NCBI RefSeq assembly: GCF_009914755.1
Contig: NC_060928.1
Reading direction: 5' to 3' (one strand)
DNA from: the human T2T-CHM13v2.0 reference genome, Homo sapiens
DNA: 64,000 nt
Shown here piece after piece: positions 18,426-40,930 of this stretch. The stretch's first letter is position 1. Each line of letters opens with the position of its first letter. Position numbers and translations under genes: made by a program. The notes under the pieces are model-generated. The model ran no database searches. It was not told the origin of the DNA and worked only from the letters and a program-made list of their open reading frames with translations.

Positions 18426-19440
18426 TTTGCTTCAGCCAACATCGTAGAGCGATGAAGCTCAGTTCCCACATCCTGACAAGCTTTGATAAAATTTCCTAAG
18501 CTTTTTATACATCTCACAGATGCCAATGCATGTTTACAGTCCGTGTTTGCATTCTCAAAAGCTAGTTAAGGTTAGCATTTCTGTAGCCATGGTAAGAGAA
18601 ATCTGACACTTCACTGCCTATGGTAATCTTGCAAGAAAATGTGCATAGAGCTCCTGTGACCCTTTCATGATATGTAAGAGATTGTACTGGGACCCTTTCC
18701 TCTGGAATTGTGGCCCAGGTGCGTTTAACAGCCAAGGCACACTGCTTACAAGCAGCGTCTGGGAGTGCTATTTGATGTTCTAGGTCTGAATAGGGGCCAC
18801 TGCCTAACAGCATCCTCTGTAATGTCTCTGTGTCCAGCAGCACGATTCTATCTAGCCTGGTCTGCACACAGTTCTTGCCAATTTAAATACCATATCAGGT
18901 ATGCACTAGCAGACAAACAAGTGCAAGCCAAATGCTTTACATCAAAGGGTGGAAGGCGCATAGCGCCAAATAGATTCTAGCAGTCCTAAAGTAAATGGGC
19001 TTTGTATTCCATTATTAACTACACTAGCTTTTAATTCCTTCAGCAACTTAAATTCTAGTGGGGTGTGTTCATGAATAAACTGCTGTGGATTATGTGGATC
19101 AGGCCTTACGGAAATAGGAAAAGCTCAAGGTCCTAAGGGTTCTCCAGCCATAGCAGTAGAGTGTAAAGTTCTTTGTATTGGGGTCTCTATTTCTGCTACT
19201 GAAGGAGGCGGTTCAGATGTTTCTGCTACTAGAGGGGGTGACACAGGCCAATTTTCATCCTCCTGCTCCTGTTTATTATTTTTAATTGGCGCTGTTGAGA
19301 GAACAGAAAGATTCTTTCAAATTTTTTGACTCTGAACATGACTCCTGCTGTCTAGCAGAATAAGAAATGAATAATGGCAGGAGAATAGTATGAACTAAAC
19401 TCCAAATATAAAAAAGAAAATAGCCAAATTCTTCCCCCAT
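18426..19440 (-). pseudogene. HML-6 gag remnant (MA/CA; NC missing; frameshifted)
   Basis: ATG-GGG start at 19440. Major-homology-region-like GSQELYAHFLARL at ~18625-18666. CA C-terminus LAFENANTDCKHAL...IKACQDVG. Confidence 0.8.
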
Positions 19441-19586
19441 GTTACCCTGATTCAGAAACTTCCCGTTCCCAGTACCTCTTTAGGGCACTGACCTTATATC
19501 AGCTGTCAGCAGACTCGTCGCAGGGTTTCTCATTCTCGTTCTTCTTGTCAGTGTCAGTTTCTCTGCTCCAGCAGACCTTCACTCAC

Positions 19587-19605
19587 GTCCCTGTCCTAGG
19601 TGCCA
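19587..19605 (-). other. Primer binding site, degenerate tRNA-Lys3(UUU) type
   Basis: TGGCACCTAGGACAGGGAC lies 2 nt after the 5' LTR; the Lys3 PBS is TGGCGCCCGAACAGGGAC. It is followed immediately by a GTGAGT donor-like site (19581-19586). Confidence 0.8.
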
Positions 19606-19607
19606 GT

Positions 19608-20037
19608 TGTCGCTGTTGGTTGTTATGGGAGTGAACGAAGGGGGATGAATGCAGAAACGAAGACAAAGACAAAAAGTATTTTTGGAAGAAGGGGTCAGGG
19701 GGCTCCTTCTAGTGAGCAAGGGCCCTGAGCTTCTACAGCCCTTCGTATTTATTAGGTAGAAAGAGCAGGGAGGGAGAGGTAGCAGTTGGTCAGTTGCTTG
19801 ATTTATCACAGGTATACATAATTGCTTTCTTTGTACAACAGGCTTCAGATGTTCCTATAGATAATCACAAGGAACACTGTGCTTGGGGTGTGACTGCCCT
19901 CAGCAACCCTTCTGGCAGCAGACACAGTTGTTAGTTTTCCAACATCCTGCTTTCATGAGAACAGTTTTCTATTTGCTCATATAGCCTCCAGTGGTATACT
20001 GAGTTGGTCACGACCCTCATTCTTTCGGCCTGTAACA
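19608..20037 (-). repeat. 5' LTR (LTR3 family), 430 bp
   Basis: Minus strand TGTTACAGGCCGAAAGAATGAGGGTCGTGACC...CAACAGCGACA. About 95% identical to 14907-15342 by hand alignment. AATAAA at 19748-19753. Confidence 0.92.
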
Positions 20038-21207
20038 GGCTCATGCCTGTAATGCCAGCACTTTTGGAGGCCGAGGCAAGAGGATAGCTTGAGCTCAGGA
20101 GTTGGAGACCAGCCTGGGCAACACGGTGAAACCCCATCTCTGCAAAAATTAGCCTGGTGTGGTGGGGTGCGCCTGTAGTCTCAGCTGCTTGTGGGGCTGA
20201 GGCGGGAGAATAGCTTGAGCTCCAGGGGTCGAGGCTGCAGTGAGCCATAATGGTGCTGCTGCATTCCAGCCTGGGTGACAAAGTGAGACTATCTCAAAAA
20301 AAAAAAAGGCTGTTAGATAAAAATGAAGACAAACAACATTTGCAAGGATATAAATCTTAACCCATTTATTGGGGGTATAGGCTCTGGTGTCAGATTTCCA
20401 TCTGTCCTGTATTTTGTAACCACAAAATTGTCCTGGCTGGATTAATTGTAAGGAAGTCCCTTTAAACACATCTAGACTTCCAAAGTTTGTTTACATACTA
20501 ATTAGTTGTCATGAAAAGCTGCATTCAACCCAGGGTCTGAGATGCCTTTTGTATATGAAAAGTGCTTCTCTTTCTGACACTGACTGAATTACATACATAA
20601 CAGATTCATTTATTTAAAAACAATTTAAGAGGCTTTTTCTATAATGCTGAACCTGCTGTGTGGTATTTATGTTTAATTCTGGTCAAATTTTCAAAACTAA
20701 TAAACACTGCAATTCAAAACCATTAATTATCAAGCATAGACCAAGTATCTGAGGTTATGAGCACATATTTAAGAGGTTAGACTCTGGCATTCCAGACATT
20801 GCAAATAATACTTTTCTCATTTCTAAATTTCCTAGAAACAAGTGGAGATTTGTAAAAGGAAATAATACTCTTTAAAACATTTATTTTTGACTCAGGATCT
20901 GGCTCTGTTGCCCTAGCTAGAGTGCAGTGGTGCCATCATCACAGCTCACACAATAGCCTGGAACTACTGGGCTCAAACCATCCTCCCACCTCAGCCTCCC
21001 AAGTAGCTGGGACTGCAGATGCAGGCCATCATGTCCCGCTAAGTTTTATTTTATTTTTGTAGAGACAGAGTCTATGTTGCTCAGGCTGGTCCTGAACTCC
21101 CGGCATCAAGTGATCCTCCCACCTCCCAATAAAACATGTACTGATGGCCAGGCACTTGGCTCACGCCTGTAATCCCAGCACTTTGGGAGGCCGAGGCGGG
21201 CAGATCA

Positions 21208-21513
<306 letters not shown>

Positions 21514-21995
21514 TCACGCCTGTAATCCCAGCACTTTGGGAGGCTGAGGCAGGTGGATCACGAGGTCAGGAGTTCAAGACCAGCCTGGCCAAGATGGTGA
21601 AGACCCGTCTCTACTAAAAATACAAAAATTAGCCAGGCGCAGTGGCAGGCGCCTGTAATCCCAGCTACTCGGGAGGCTGAGGCAGGAGAATCGTTTGAAA
21701 CCAGGAGGGTAGAGGTTGCAGTGAGCCAAGATTGTGCCACTGTACTCCAGCCTGGGTGACAGAGTGATACTATGTCTCAAAAAAAAAAAAAAAAAAAAAA
21801 AAAAGAAAAAAGAAAGAAAGTTGCTTTATCTTTAAAACTATATATATTGTTTTCACCCCTACATAGTCCTTGCCTCCCAGACATCTCCTCACTAACTTCA
21901 GTAGACAATTTGGCATCTGATGGTTTGAAATAGTTTCTGTAATCAAATCCTGAATAAAATCCATTTTAAAGCCTATAGAGAGTTAAGAAACAAGT

Positions 21996-27787
<5,792 letters not shown>

Positions 27788-27820
27788 TTAGTCCACAGGA
27801 GGAGCTGGTGGATCTTGTCC
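27788..27820 (-). CDS. SMIM14: SMIM14 last coding exon (GQDPPAPPVD*)
   Basis: Acceptor ttatttctttctaatgccag|GGA CAA GAT CCA CCA GCT CCT CCT GTG GAC TAA. Phase 0 matches the upstream exon. Confidence 0.93.
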   Translation of the reverse strand, partial: GQDPPAPPVD

Positions 27821-28199
27821 CTGGCATTAGAAAGAAATAAATTATTTAATTGACTTTTTAAAAATTCAAAAAAATTTAAAATTTATTACTTTTTTAAAAA
27901 TTGACTTATTAAATCCCAGTGCAACCAATCTAACACATAGAGAAACAACTGAGCAGCAATGCCCCCAACCATCCCATCCCAAATATATGCTTATTTGGAC
28001 TTTTCATATGTTTTTACATGAGGGAACACTAGATTAAATAACACTGTGATTTTCCACCCTTTGTCTCATTTTTCCCTGTAGAATGGAAGAGAGAGGGAAT
28101 TTGTACAACAGTGATGTTATCACTCCTGCCAACCCCAGGAGTGATCTTCAAACCTATGAAAATATCTTCATCCCTCTTGCTAAAGTCGATTGGCTAAGC

Positions 28200-28490
28200 A
28201 AAGTACTGTATATTTAAAATGAAGCTAGGGACTTTTGTTTCTCAATACTGAATGTCTACGAGGATGCATGTGGCTGCAGTTGCTTCTGGTAGTCATCCTA
28301 TAACCCTAAGGGGAGCCCATCTTGGAATGAAGTTGTTAGTATGAGGAAAGAAACTAGGTCTTTGATGACACTGTTGAAACTTTCTTAACACTGACCCTAC
28401 CTCTGAATTTTTTTGACGTGTAAATCAATGAAGCCACTTGTTTTAAACCACTTGGAATTGACTTTTGTTAACTTGCAATAGAAAGCAAGT
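28200..28490 (+). mobile_element. Old MLT1-type MaLR LTR fragment
   Basis: Degenerate motifs ggtctttgatgacactgttga...ctacctctg...ttttaaaccact...ttttgttaacttgca. Subfamily uncertain. Confidence 0.45.
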
Positions 28491-28696
28491 GAACTGTAAA
28501 GGAAAGATCAGAGTTTTTAAGATTCTCAAGATTTTATTTATTTACCCTGAAATGATACATGACGCCCGAGTTGGGGGTGATCAATATTTCTCCTTGGAAT
28601 TAGTCTCAACACATTTTCTTACTTATTCCTAAGATAGTGGAACTACTATTCCTAGAAACACTGGCCTACAATGAATTAAGGTCCAGGAGAGGGTAA

Positions 28697-29052
<356 letters not shown>

Positions 29053-29228
29053 TAAGAGTTCTATTTCTTTAGCTCCAAACATTGAGGAATTTACTCTTTG
29101 ATATGAAAGTAACAAAGCTATACAAAGAAAGTAAGAAAGAAGGCTAAGGAATAAACACTTTATCAAGACAATATGCAAGCTGTTTTATAAATACTCTCTT
29201 CTCCAAGAAAAAATAAAAATAAATGTAA

Positions 29229-29474
<246 letters not shown>

Positions 29475-29782
29475 TGAACTCCTGACCTCAGGTGATCCGC
29501 CCGCCTCAGCCTCCCAAAGTGCTGGGATTACAGGTGAGAGCCACCGCGCCTGGTCTATAATGCCTTCTTTCTTAAAGTTAGCATGCTACGTATCTTTTTT
29601 GTGTATGTTTTTCGTTTTGATTTTTTTTCTTTCTATGCTACATATCTAAATGTTCTATTCCTTAAAAAACAAAGCAAAACATTGACCAATTAACACTGCA
29701 CATTTGCTTTCTCTTATATAAAAAATGAGTCTAACTGAACTTCTGATATCAACACCACAACACTGGAGAAAAGAAACAATTA

Positions 29783-30298
<516 letters not shown>

Positions 30299-30314
30299 CT
30301 ATCATGGAAATTTT

Positions 30315-30480
30315 CCTTTTTTTTTTTTTTTTTTTTTTTGATGCTCTATTACCTTATAGTTTTTTAATTATAAATTTTAACATTTATTTAAATTGACAAA
30401 TAAAAATTGTATATATTTGTCATATACAACATGTTTTGAAATATGTATACATTTGTAGAATGGCTAAATAGAGGTAACTG
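30315..30480 (-). mobile_element. Short L1M(A) 3'-end fragment with T-tail
   Basis: attgacaaataaaaattgtatatattt...tacaacatgttttgaaatatgtatacatt..gtagaatggctaaat is the reverse complement of a typical L1MA 3' terminus. Confidence 0.65.
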
Positions 30481-30517
30481 GCAAATTCATGGAATTTTTT
30501 TTTTTTTTTTTTTTTGA

Positions 30518-30853
<336 letters not shown>

Positions 30854-32012
30854 TAAATACTGGTTCTGAAAAGGATTAAAAGGAATCCTTTAACAGAGGT
30901 TCTTTTTTTTTTTGAGACATAGTCTCACTCTGTAGCCCAAGCTGGAGTGTGGTGGTGTGATCTTGGCTCACTGCAACCTCTGCCTCCTGAGCTCAAACGA
31001 TTCTCATGCCTCGGCCTCCTGAGTAGCTGAGACTACAGGCGCATGCCACCATGTCTGGCTAATTTTTTGTATTTTAGTAGAGACAGGGTTTCACCATGTT
31101 GCCCAGGGTGGTCTTGAACACCGGAGCTCAGGTGATCCGCCCCCCTTGGCCTCCCAAAGTGCTGGGATTGCAGGCGTGAGCCACAGTGCCTGGCCAACAG
31201 AGGTTCTCTTAAAGATAGTCCTGAAAACTCCCTATTGGGTCACTTTATCATAGTTTTAATTTAGAAGGTTCTAAAAATGGTTGTAATCATGACTATCAAG
31301 ATTTATCAACATGAATGATTCCGACCTCTCCTTTTGCCAGCTCAGCTGATTTACTGTGGTACAGAAATGGAAAATGGGTTTGAGAGAAATAGGATGGGAA
31401 AATGAGGAAAATAAAATAAGACAGGCTCAGTGTCTCTACTGAATAGCTAGGACAGAAGGGGGTCAAACATTTCAACTAAAGCTACTAAGAGTTTAGGGGC
31501 TGGAAGCATGAGAGGCAAGGGATCAACTGTGAGGTGGACAGAACTGGGTAGTGGAGGATTGAGACTTGAGCAATATTGCTGTGGATTATGAAATGGATTA
31601 TTTTTGATGCTTCTCATGTGAGTAAAGATTAGAATTCAAGCCTGGGCAACCTGGCAAAACCCCATCTCTACAAAAAAATACAAAAAACTAGCCAGGTGTG
31701 CTAGTGCATGCCTGTGGTCCCAACTACTTGGGAGGCTGAGGTGGGAGCCTAGGAGGTGGAGGCTTCAGTGAGCTAAGATCGCACCAGTGCAGTCCAGCCT
31801 GGGCGGCACAGCAAGACCCTGTCTGAAAAAAAAAAAAAAGGATTGGAATTCATTTTCAAATTAATTTTGGGCTTCTGGTCTGTGCTTCTTTCTGCATTTA
31901 ACTCCATAAAGATTAAGCTGTCAATTAAATCTTGGAATTGCAATATTTAATAGAACTACATAGGTAGAATACTCTATGAGTTAAATATAATTTAACTAAT
32001 TTAGGTGTTTTA

Positions 32013-32261
<249 letters not shown>

Positions 32262-32629
32262 TCACAATATTGTTAAAAGTAAAAACAAATTCTAATGTTT
32301 AAATGTCAGTTTCAATTACTGTATTAATATAAAAATTGTATTGATAAATTACAAAAGTACATATTATATCTTCAATTTCCCTTTCCCCCAGTGAGAACAT
32401 CTAAAAAGTAAATGATGTTAAATAGTCATAAACCAAAACTTAGTAAGTTTTTGTTGTTTTTGTTTTTTGAGACAGGGTCTTGCTCTATCAAACAGGCTGG
32501 AGTGCGGTGGCACAACCATAGCTCACTACAGCCTTAACCTTCTATGTTCATGGGATCCTCTCACCTCAGCCTCCTGAGTAGCTGGGACTACAGGTGTGTG
32601 CCACCATGCCCCATGCACCTAATTTTTAA

Positions 32630-32857
<228 letters not shown>

Positions 32858-33828
32858 TGAGACGGGGTTTCACCATGTTGGCCAGGCTGGTCTCGAACTC
32901 CTGACCTCAGGTGATCCACCTGCCTTGGCCTCCCAAAGGGCTGGGATTACAGGTGTGAGCCACTGTGTCCTGCCCCACACCCCTAATTTTTTTTAAAATT
33001 TTTAGTAGTGACGACGTCTCACTATGTTGCCTGGACTAGTCTCTAACACATTTTTTAATAGTATAATAATTCTTAATATTTTGGGGTAACAGAATCATTT
33101 GAGAATTTGATAAAAATTAAGAACTCTTTCCATTTTAAGAATTCATGGGGTCTTCAACTGAGGTCTTGCAAGGCAAGCCGGCCATGCCATGTTTGTAGAT
33201 TAATGAGGCTAGGGGCCCTAACTTCCCTAAGATCTACTTTTCTAGCTACCTTCTGCCCTGTGTCTGGCACCTACATCCTTCATGATTGTTCTTTTTGATC
33301 CATTCTGGATTAAAAATAAATATGAAAAGCACTCATGTATACCAAATTCCACAATTTTGTATATAATTGTGGAAGGTTTAAGAACCCACAAAGCCACGAA
33401 TCCATATGAATCCAAGTTAAGACCACAGAAAAAACACTCTCCTTTGGGGGGAAAAATCTGCTTCTTAATTACAGAGGCATCATGAAAAAGAAAGGGGACA
33501 TCTGGGCTGCGTAATATATACATTAAAAGACCCCTTGAATTACAGTCTCAACCAAAGAGATTAATTTGACCTTCTTTTTCACACAAAGGAGTTGAATTCA
33601 GATCTAGATATTTTAAAATTTTATCAATTTTTCTCTTCTATCAATTTTTTCTATTTATCAAGAGAAAAATGCTAGACAGGGATGTATGTGCGTATACAGG
33701 CATCAGTTTTTCCTGGTTCCTTGACATAGCCATGTCTTATTTAATTTGAAATAACAAGTGCCTAGCACAGTGCCTGACCCATGATATGAGGTTAACAAAT
33801 TTCTAATAAATGAAACGTAGATTTTTTA

Positions 33829-35093
<1,265 letters not shown>

Positions 35094-35411
35094 TTATAGA
35101 TTAGATTTCTAGAGGAAAATGTAGTATCCCTAGGTGATTACTAAAACAGCTTGTCAAGACCACAGCTGTTTGGTTTTGATCTCCTTGCCTCAGGAAAAAG
35201 TAAAAGAAATCCAGATAAGATGTTGAAACTAATCTGATACACTGCATTGGGTCAGTGGGTCCAGGGCTCAATTCCACAAAAGGGAAGGAATTGGTGGCAC
35301 TGCTGAGGCCAAAAGGCTAGTGATAAAAGCGGACAAAGTCAAGTTAAGAGTTGCGCTGGCCCTGCTGCAACGAAGTCTTATGGCAAACAAATTAGTACAA
35401 AATATATATTA

Positions 35412-35849
<438 letters not shown>

Positions 35850-36379
35850 CTAACAGTTGGACACTCCTTCATCAATAATTCTCTTTTTCTTTATATCAAC
35901 AGTTCTTTTCTTTTCTTTTTTTTTTTTTTTTGAGATGGAATCTCGTTCTGTCACCAGGCTGGAGTGCAGTGGCGCGATCTCCGCTCACTACAACCTCTGC
36001 CTCCTGGGTTTTATTTGTAGTAGAGCTGGGATTTCACCATGTTGGCCAGGCTGTTCTCAAACTCCTGACCTCAGGTGATCCATCTGCCTTGGCCTCCGAA
36101 AATGCTGGGATTACAGGCATGAGCCACCGCAATCAGCCAACATCAATAGTTCTTAAACTATGGTATATATCAGAGTCAACTGAAAACTTCTTAAAAATGC
36201 AGAAATCCAGGAAGCACGAGGTCAAGAGATCACCCGTGAAGCAGAGGTTGCAGTGAGCTGAGATCGCGCCACTGCACTCCAGCCTGGCGACAGAGCAAGA
36301 CCCCGTCTCAAACAAAACAAAACAAAATGCAGAAATCCCACCTTCCACTTAACATATTCAGTACTTTAGTATTCCAAAC

Positions 36380-36715
36380 AAAAATCATGAGCATCTCCCC
36401 CGCCCTACCCCCTTCCACCCCAACTACCAAACTGGATCTCTGTTCATCCAGTTGCCCAGGGCAGAACCTAAGAAAACACCTTTTTTCTTTCTCAACAGCC
36501 CTGTATTTAATCCATCATGAAGTTTCTTGCAATTTTTCCTCCTAAATATCACTTGTATCTGCCCACTTTTAGCTCCATGTCCCCACCTGCTCAAGCTACC
36601 ATAACCTCTTATCTGGTCTATTGCAGTGGCCTCTTAAGGGATCTCCCTATATCTACTCCTGCTTCCCCTGTGCTCTATATTGTTTCCAGAGTGATTTTTT
36701 TTTCTTTTTTTTTAA
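36380..36715 (+). mobile_element. L2 fragment
   Basis: catccagttgcccagg...agctaccataacctcttatctggtctattgcagtggcctctta...ccagagtgat. Confidence 0.6.
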
Positions 36716-36724
36716 AAGCAAATA

Positions 36725-36952
36725 CATGTTGAGTTTCCCTATGTGAAATGCTTGGGAATACAAGTGTTTCAGAATTCGGATTTTTTCAGATTTGGGGATA
36801 TATGCAATATACTTATTGGTTCAGCAGCCCTAATCCTAAAATCCAAAATCTGAAATGTTCCAATGAGCATTTCCTTTGAGCATCATGTCAGCACTGAATA
36901 AGTTTCAGATTTTGGAGCACTTCAAATTTTCAGATTAGGGATATTCAACCTA
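36725..36952. mobile_element. Tigger4/MER46-type MITE
   Basis: TA-flanked, with inverted termini catgttgagtttccct and agggatattcaacct. Internal aaaatccaaaatctgaaatg...gagcatcatgtcagc. Confidence 0.75.
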
Positions 36953-38744
36953 TACTATTATTTTTATTTTAAATAATAGTTAAGGCCAGACCTGATGGGG
37001 CTCATGCCTGTAATCCCAGCACTTTGGGAGGCCAAGGCAGGAAGATCCCTTGAGCTCAGGAGCTCAAGACCAGCCTGGGCAAAATGGCTGGTGCTGAACT
37101 TCTGGCCTCATGCAATCCTCCTGCCTTGGTTTCCCAAAGAGCTGAGATTACAGGTGTCAGTCAGTAGTCATGCCCAGCCATGACTTTTTAATATTCTTTG
37201 CAAGTAAAAAATTCTGAAGCTTAAGAGAGTTAAACCTCAGATTCCAAGTTTACTAATTCTTATTTCTAGACAAAGGATCCCTGATTCTTTTTTAGCATCT
37301 CACGCCGGGCACGGTGGCTCACACCTGTAGTCCCAGCACTTTGGGAAGGTAAGGCAGGTGCATCACCTGAGGTCTGGAATTCAACACCAGCCTGGCCAAC
37401 ATGGTGTTGGCCATCTCTACCAAAGCCCATCTCTACTAAAAATACAAAAATTAGCCAAGCATGGTGGTGCACACCTGTAATCCCAGCTACTTGGGGGGTT
37501 GTAGCGGAAAAATTGCTCGAACCCGGAAGACAGGTCGCAGTGAGCCGAGATCGTGCCACTGCACTCCAGCCTGGGCAACATAGTGAGACTCCATCTCAAC
37601 AACAACAACAACCAAATAGTAATGTCCACTTCTTTTTTAGAATCTCACAATAGTAATATGACTCGTAGTTCCCTTAACTATCTCCTAGCTTGGTTCCTAT
37701 TGCAGCTTTTCCTTCTTGCTTACTGCTGCCAGAAAAGTCTGCTTAAAACTGTTCTTGGCTGGATACAGTGGCTCATGGCTGTGATCTCAGCACTCTAGGA
37801 GGCCGAGGCAGGAGGATCCCTGGAGCCCAGGCGTTTGAGACCAGCCTGGGCAACATAGTGAGACCCCTGTCTCTACAAAAAAAATTAAAAAATTAGCTGA
37901 GTGTGGTGGTGCAGGCCTGTAATCCCAGCTACTCGGGAGGCTGAGGTGGGAGGATCACTTAAGCCCAGGTGGTCAAGGCTGCAGTGAATTGTAATCACAC
38001 AACTGCACTCCAGCCAGGGTGGCAGAGACAGACCCTGTCTCAACCCCCAAACAAACAAACAAACAAACAAACAAAAAATCCCCTCTGCTCTTAACACATC
38101 TCTGCTGATCAATGTGGTAACTCAGTTTCCACTGCCTACTGTTTCAACTCTGGGGTTTTTCTGTTTTTATTGAGTCAGTGTCTCACTCTGTCTCCCAGGC
38201 TGGAGTGCAGTGGCACAATCACAGCTCACTGCAACCTTTGCCTCCCAGGCTCAAGTGATCCTCTCACCTTAGCCTCCTGAGTAGCTGAAATTGTAGGCGC
38301 ATGCTGCCATGCCCAATTAATTTTTTTATATTTTTAAAACTTTTTTTATTTTTTAGAGACAGGGTCTCACTATGTTGCCCAGGCTGATCTCGAATTCCTG
38401 AGCTCAAGTGATCTGCCCACCTTGGCCTCCCAAAGTTCTGGAATTACAGGCATGAGCGACCCCACCTGACCCTAATTTTTGTATTTTTAGTAGAGACGGT
38501 GTTTTGCCATGTTGCCAAGGCTTGTCCCTAACTCCTGAGCTCAAGCAACCCACCCACCTAAGCCTCGCAAAGTGCTAGGATTATAAGCATGAGCTACTGT
38601 GCCCAGCAACTCTAAGTTCTTTAGCTCAGCCTTTCCTCATATGATTGGGCCTTACTCATCTAATCTTACCTCTTACCACTTCTCAGAAAATGCATCCTCT
38701 GCTCTAGTCACCCCCATACCTCTTCTTTTTTTTATTTTTTTTGA

Positions 38745-39039
<295 letters not shown>

Positions 39040-39044
39040 TAGCC

Positions 39045-39210
39045 AAGGATTCCCTGGCCTGGCTATGCATCAGAATAGCCTGTGACAGTATCAACACCAC
39101 AGATTCTAAGGCACTGCCTAAGACCATCTGATTCAGGAGCAGCTTCGGGGTGGGATCAGGAGCCAACAATATTTTTTAAAAGCTTTCCAAATGAATCTGA
39201 TGCAACAGTT
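39045..39210. mobile_element. MER5-like hAT MITE
   Basis: gcatcagaat...cagattct...tctgattcag...ggggtggga...tttaaaagctttccaaatgaatctgatgca. Confidence 0.5.
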
Positions 39211-39509
39211 GAATGCGAACTTGTCTGGCAGCATTTGCCAACTATGCAAATTCAGTCTTCCTGGGGTACTCGTTATTTCCCTGTCTGGCATGTTCTTACA
39301 ACTAACTCCATTTATTCACCTATAACCTACATCCCTCTTCCATAAAAATCTCCATTTCCTCCACCCACTTTTTCCTCTGCCTTCTCTGGACTAGTATAGC
39401 ATTTCTAGTTTGAAGGAATGGTTTCCCGTCTCTCCTAATTAACTTTTTAAGAACTGAGACCATCTCATAGCTGTTTGACTGTACCACCTCTTAGGTATAT
39501 AATCCCTGA

Positions 39510-39740
<231 letters not shown>

Positions 39741-40024
39741 TGAAGCTGTTAACTTAGCTGGATACCAAGAGGATGAAAAGGTAGAGACAGAGGCTCTAAG
39801 AGCTGGCCCATCCTCAGAAGATTATTTGTATAAACTTATATAGGTTTCCGCTGGGGAAAGCAAAAACAGAACAGCAGTGAAAGTGGACAATACACCGGTA
39901 TGCTCTAACCCTGTAGTTTTTGGTCCTATACAGTAATTACATTATCCTAAGCACAGCTACCAGTTTTCAAGCTGAGTCAAGGGTGATCTCTATCATTCCC
40001 TAATGTAGATCTGTTATTCTCCTA

Positions 40025-40229
40025 CAGGCTGAGTATTCCTACTCTAAAAATCTAGAATCCTCCAAAATCCAAAACTTTTTGAGAGCTGACATCATGCTCA
40101 AAAGAAATGCTTATCGGAACATTTCACATTTTCAGGTTAGGGATGGTCAACTGGTAAATGAATCTGAAAAAATCTGAAACTGAATACACTTCTGGCTCCA
40201 AGCATTTCAAATAAGGGATATTCAACCTA
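40025..40229. mobile_element. Second Tigger4/MER46-type MITE, opposite orientation to 36725-36952
   Basis: TA-caggctgagtattcct ... agggatattcaacct-TA. The interior is the reverse complement of the first copy. Confidence 0.72.
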
Positions 40230-40470
40230 TACTTTCATATTGTGTTCTGCGAGGGTGCCCCATAGTGTTATTTCAGATTAGCGTTTTTTAGATAAAGATA
40301 ACCTGAATGGAAAGCATCCTCTCTTTTGTTTAAAGGATTCTATTAAAAATGAAATACATGACTTTTAAGCAGGGGGCTAAGGGAAGCCTCACTAAGAAGG
40401 CACTCTGGAGTGAAAATGTAAAGAAAGTGAGGCTGTCAGTTGTGAGATTATCCGAAAGAAGCACATTTCA

Positions 40471-40930
<460 letters not shown>

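Larger units (their letters stand above)
14907..20037 (-). mobile_element. HERV-K(HML-6) / HERVK3 provirus with LTR3-type LTRs, internally deleted (5131 bp)
   Basis: Two direct LTRs with TG...CA ends. 6-bp TSD GGCTCA at 14901-14906 and 20038-20043. tRNA-Lys3-like PBS, PPT, and betaretroviral gag, pol and env remnants in order. Confidence 0.92.
14886..20307 (+). mobile_element. AluJ-like element split by the provirus (14886-14906 and 20038-20307)
   Basis: gccgggtgtgatggtggctca | provirus | ggctcatgcctgtaatgccagcact...poly(A). Removing the provirus and one GGCTCA restores a continuous Alu. Confidence 0.85.

Noticed and set aside
15345-19440. Intact or domesticated retroviral gene (env, integrase)
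   Set aside because: Multiple stops, frameshifts and deletions. The longest pieces are 194 aa (RNase H to partial IN) and ~110 aa (env).
14782-19809. Paralogous ORFs MINQAADQLL... (14782-15114) and MINQATDQLL... (19579-19809) suggesting a duplicated gene
   Set aside because: They are the same frame read through the two LTR copies.
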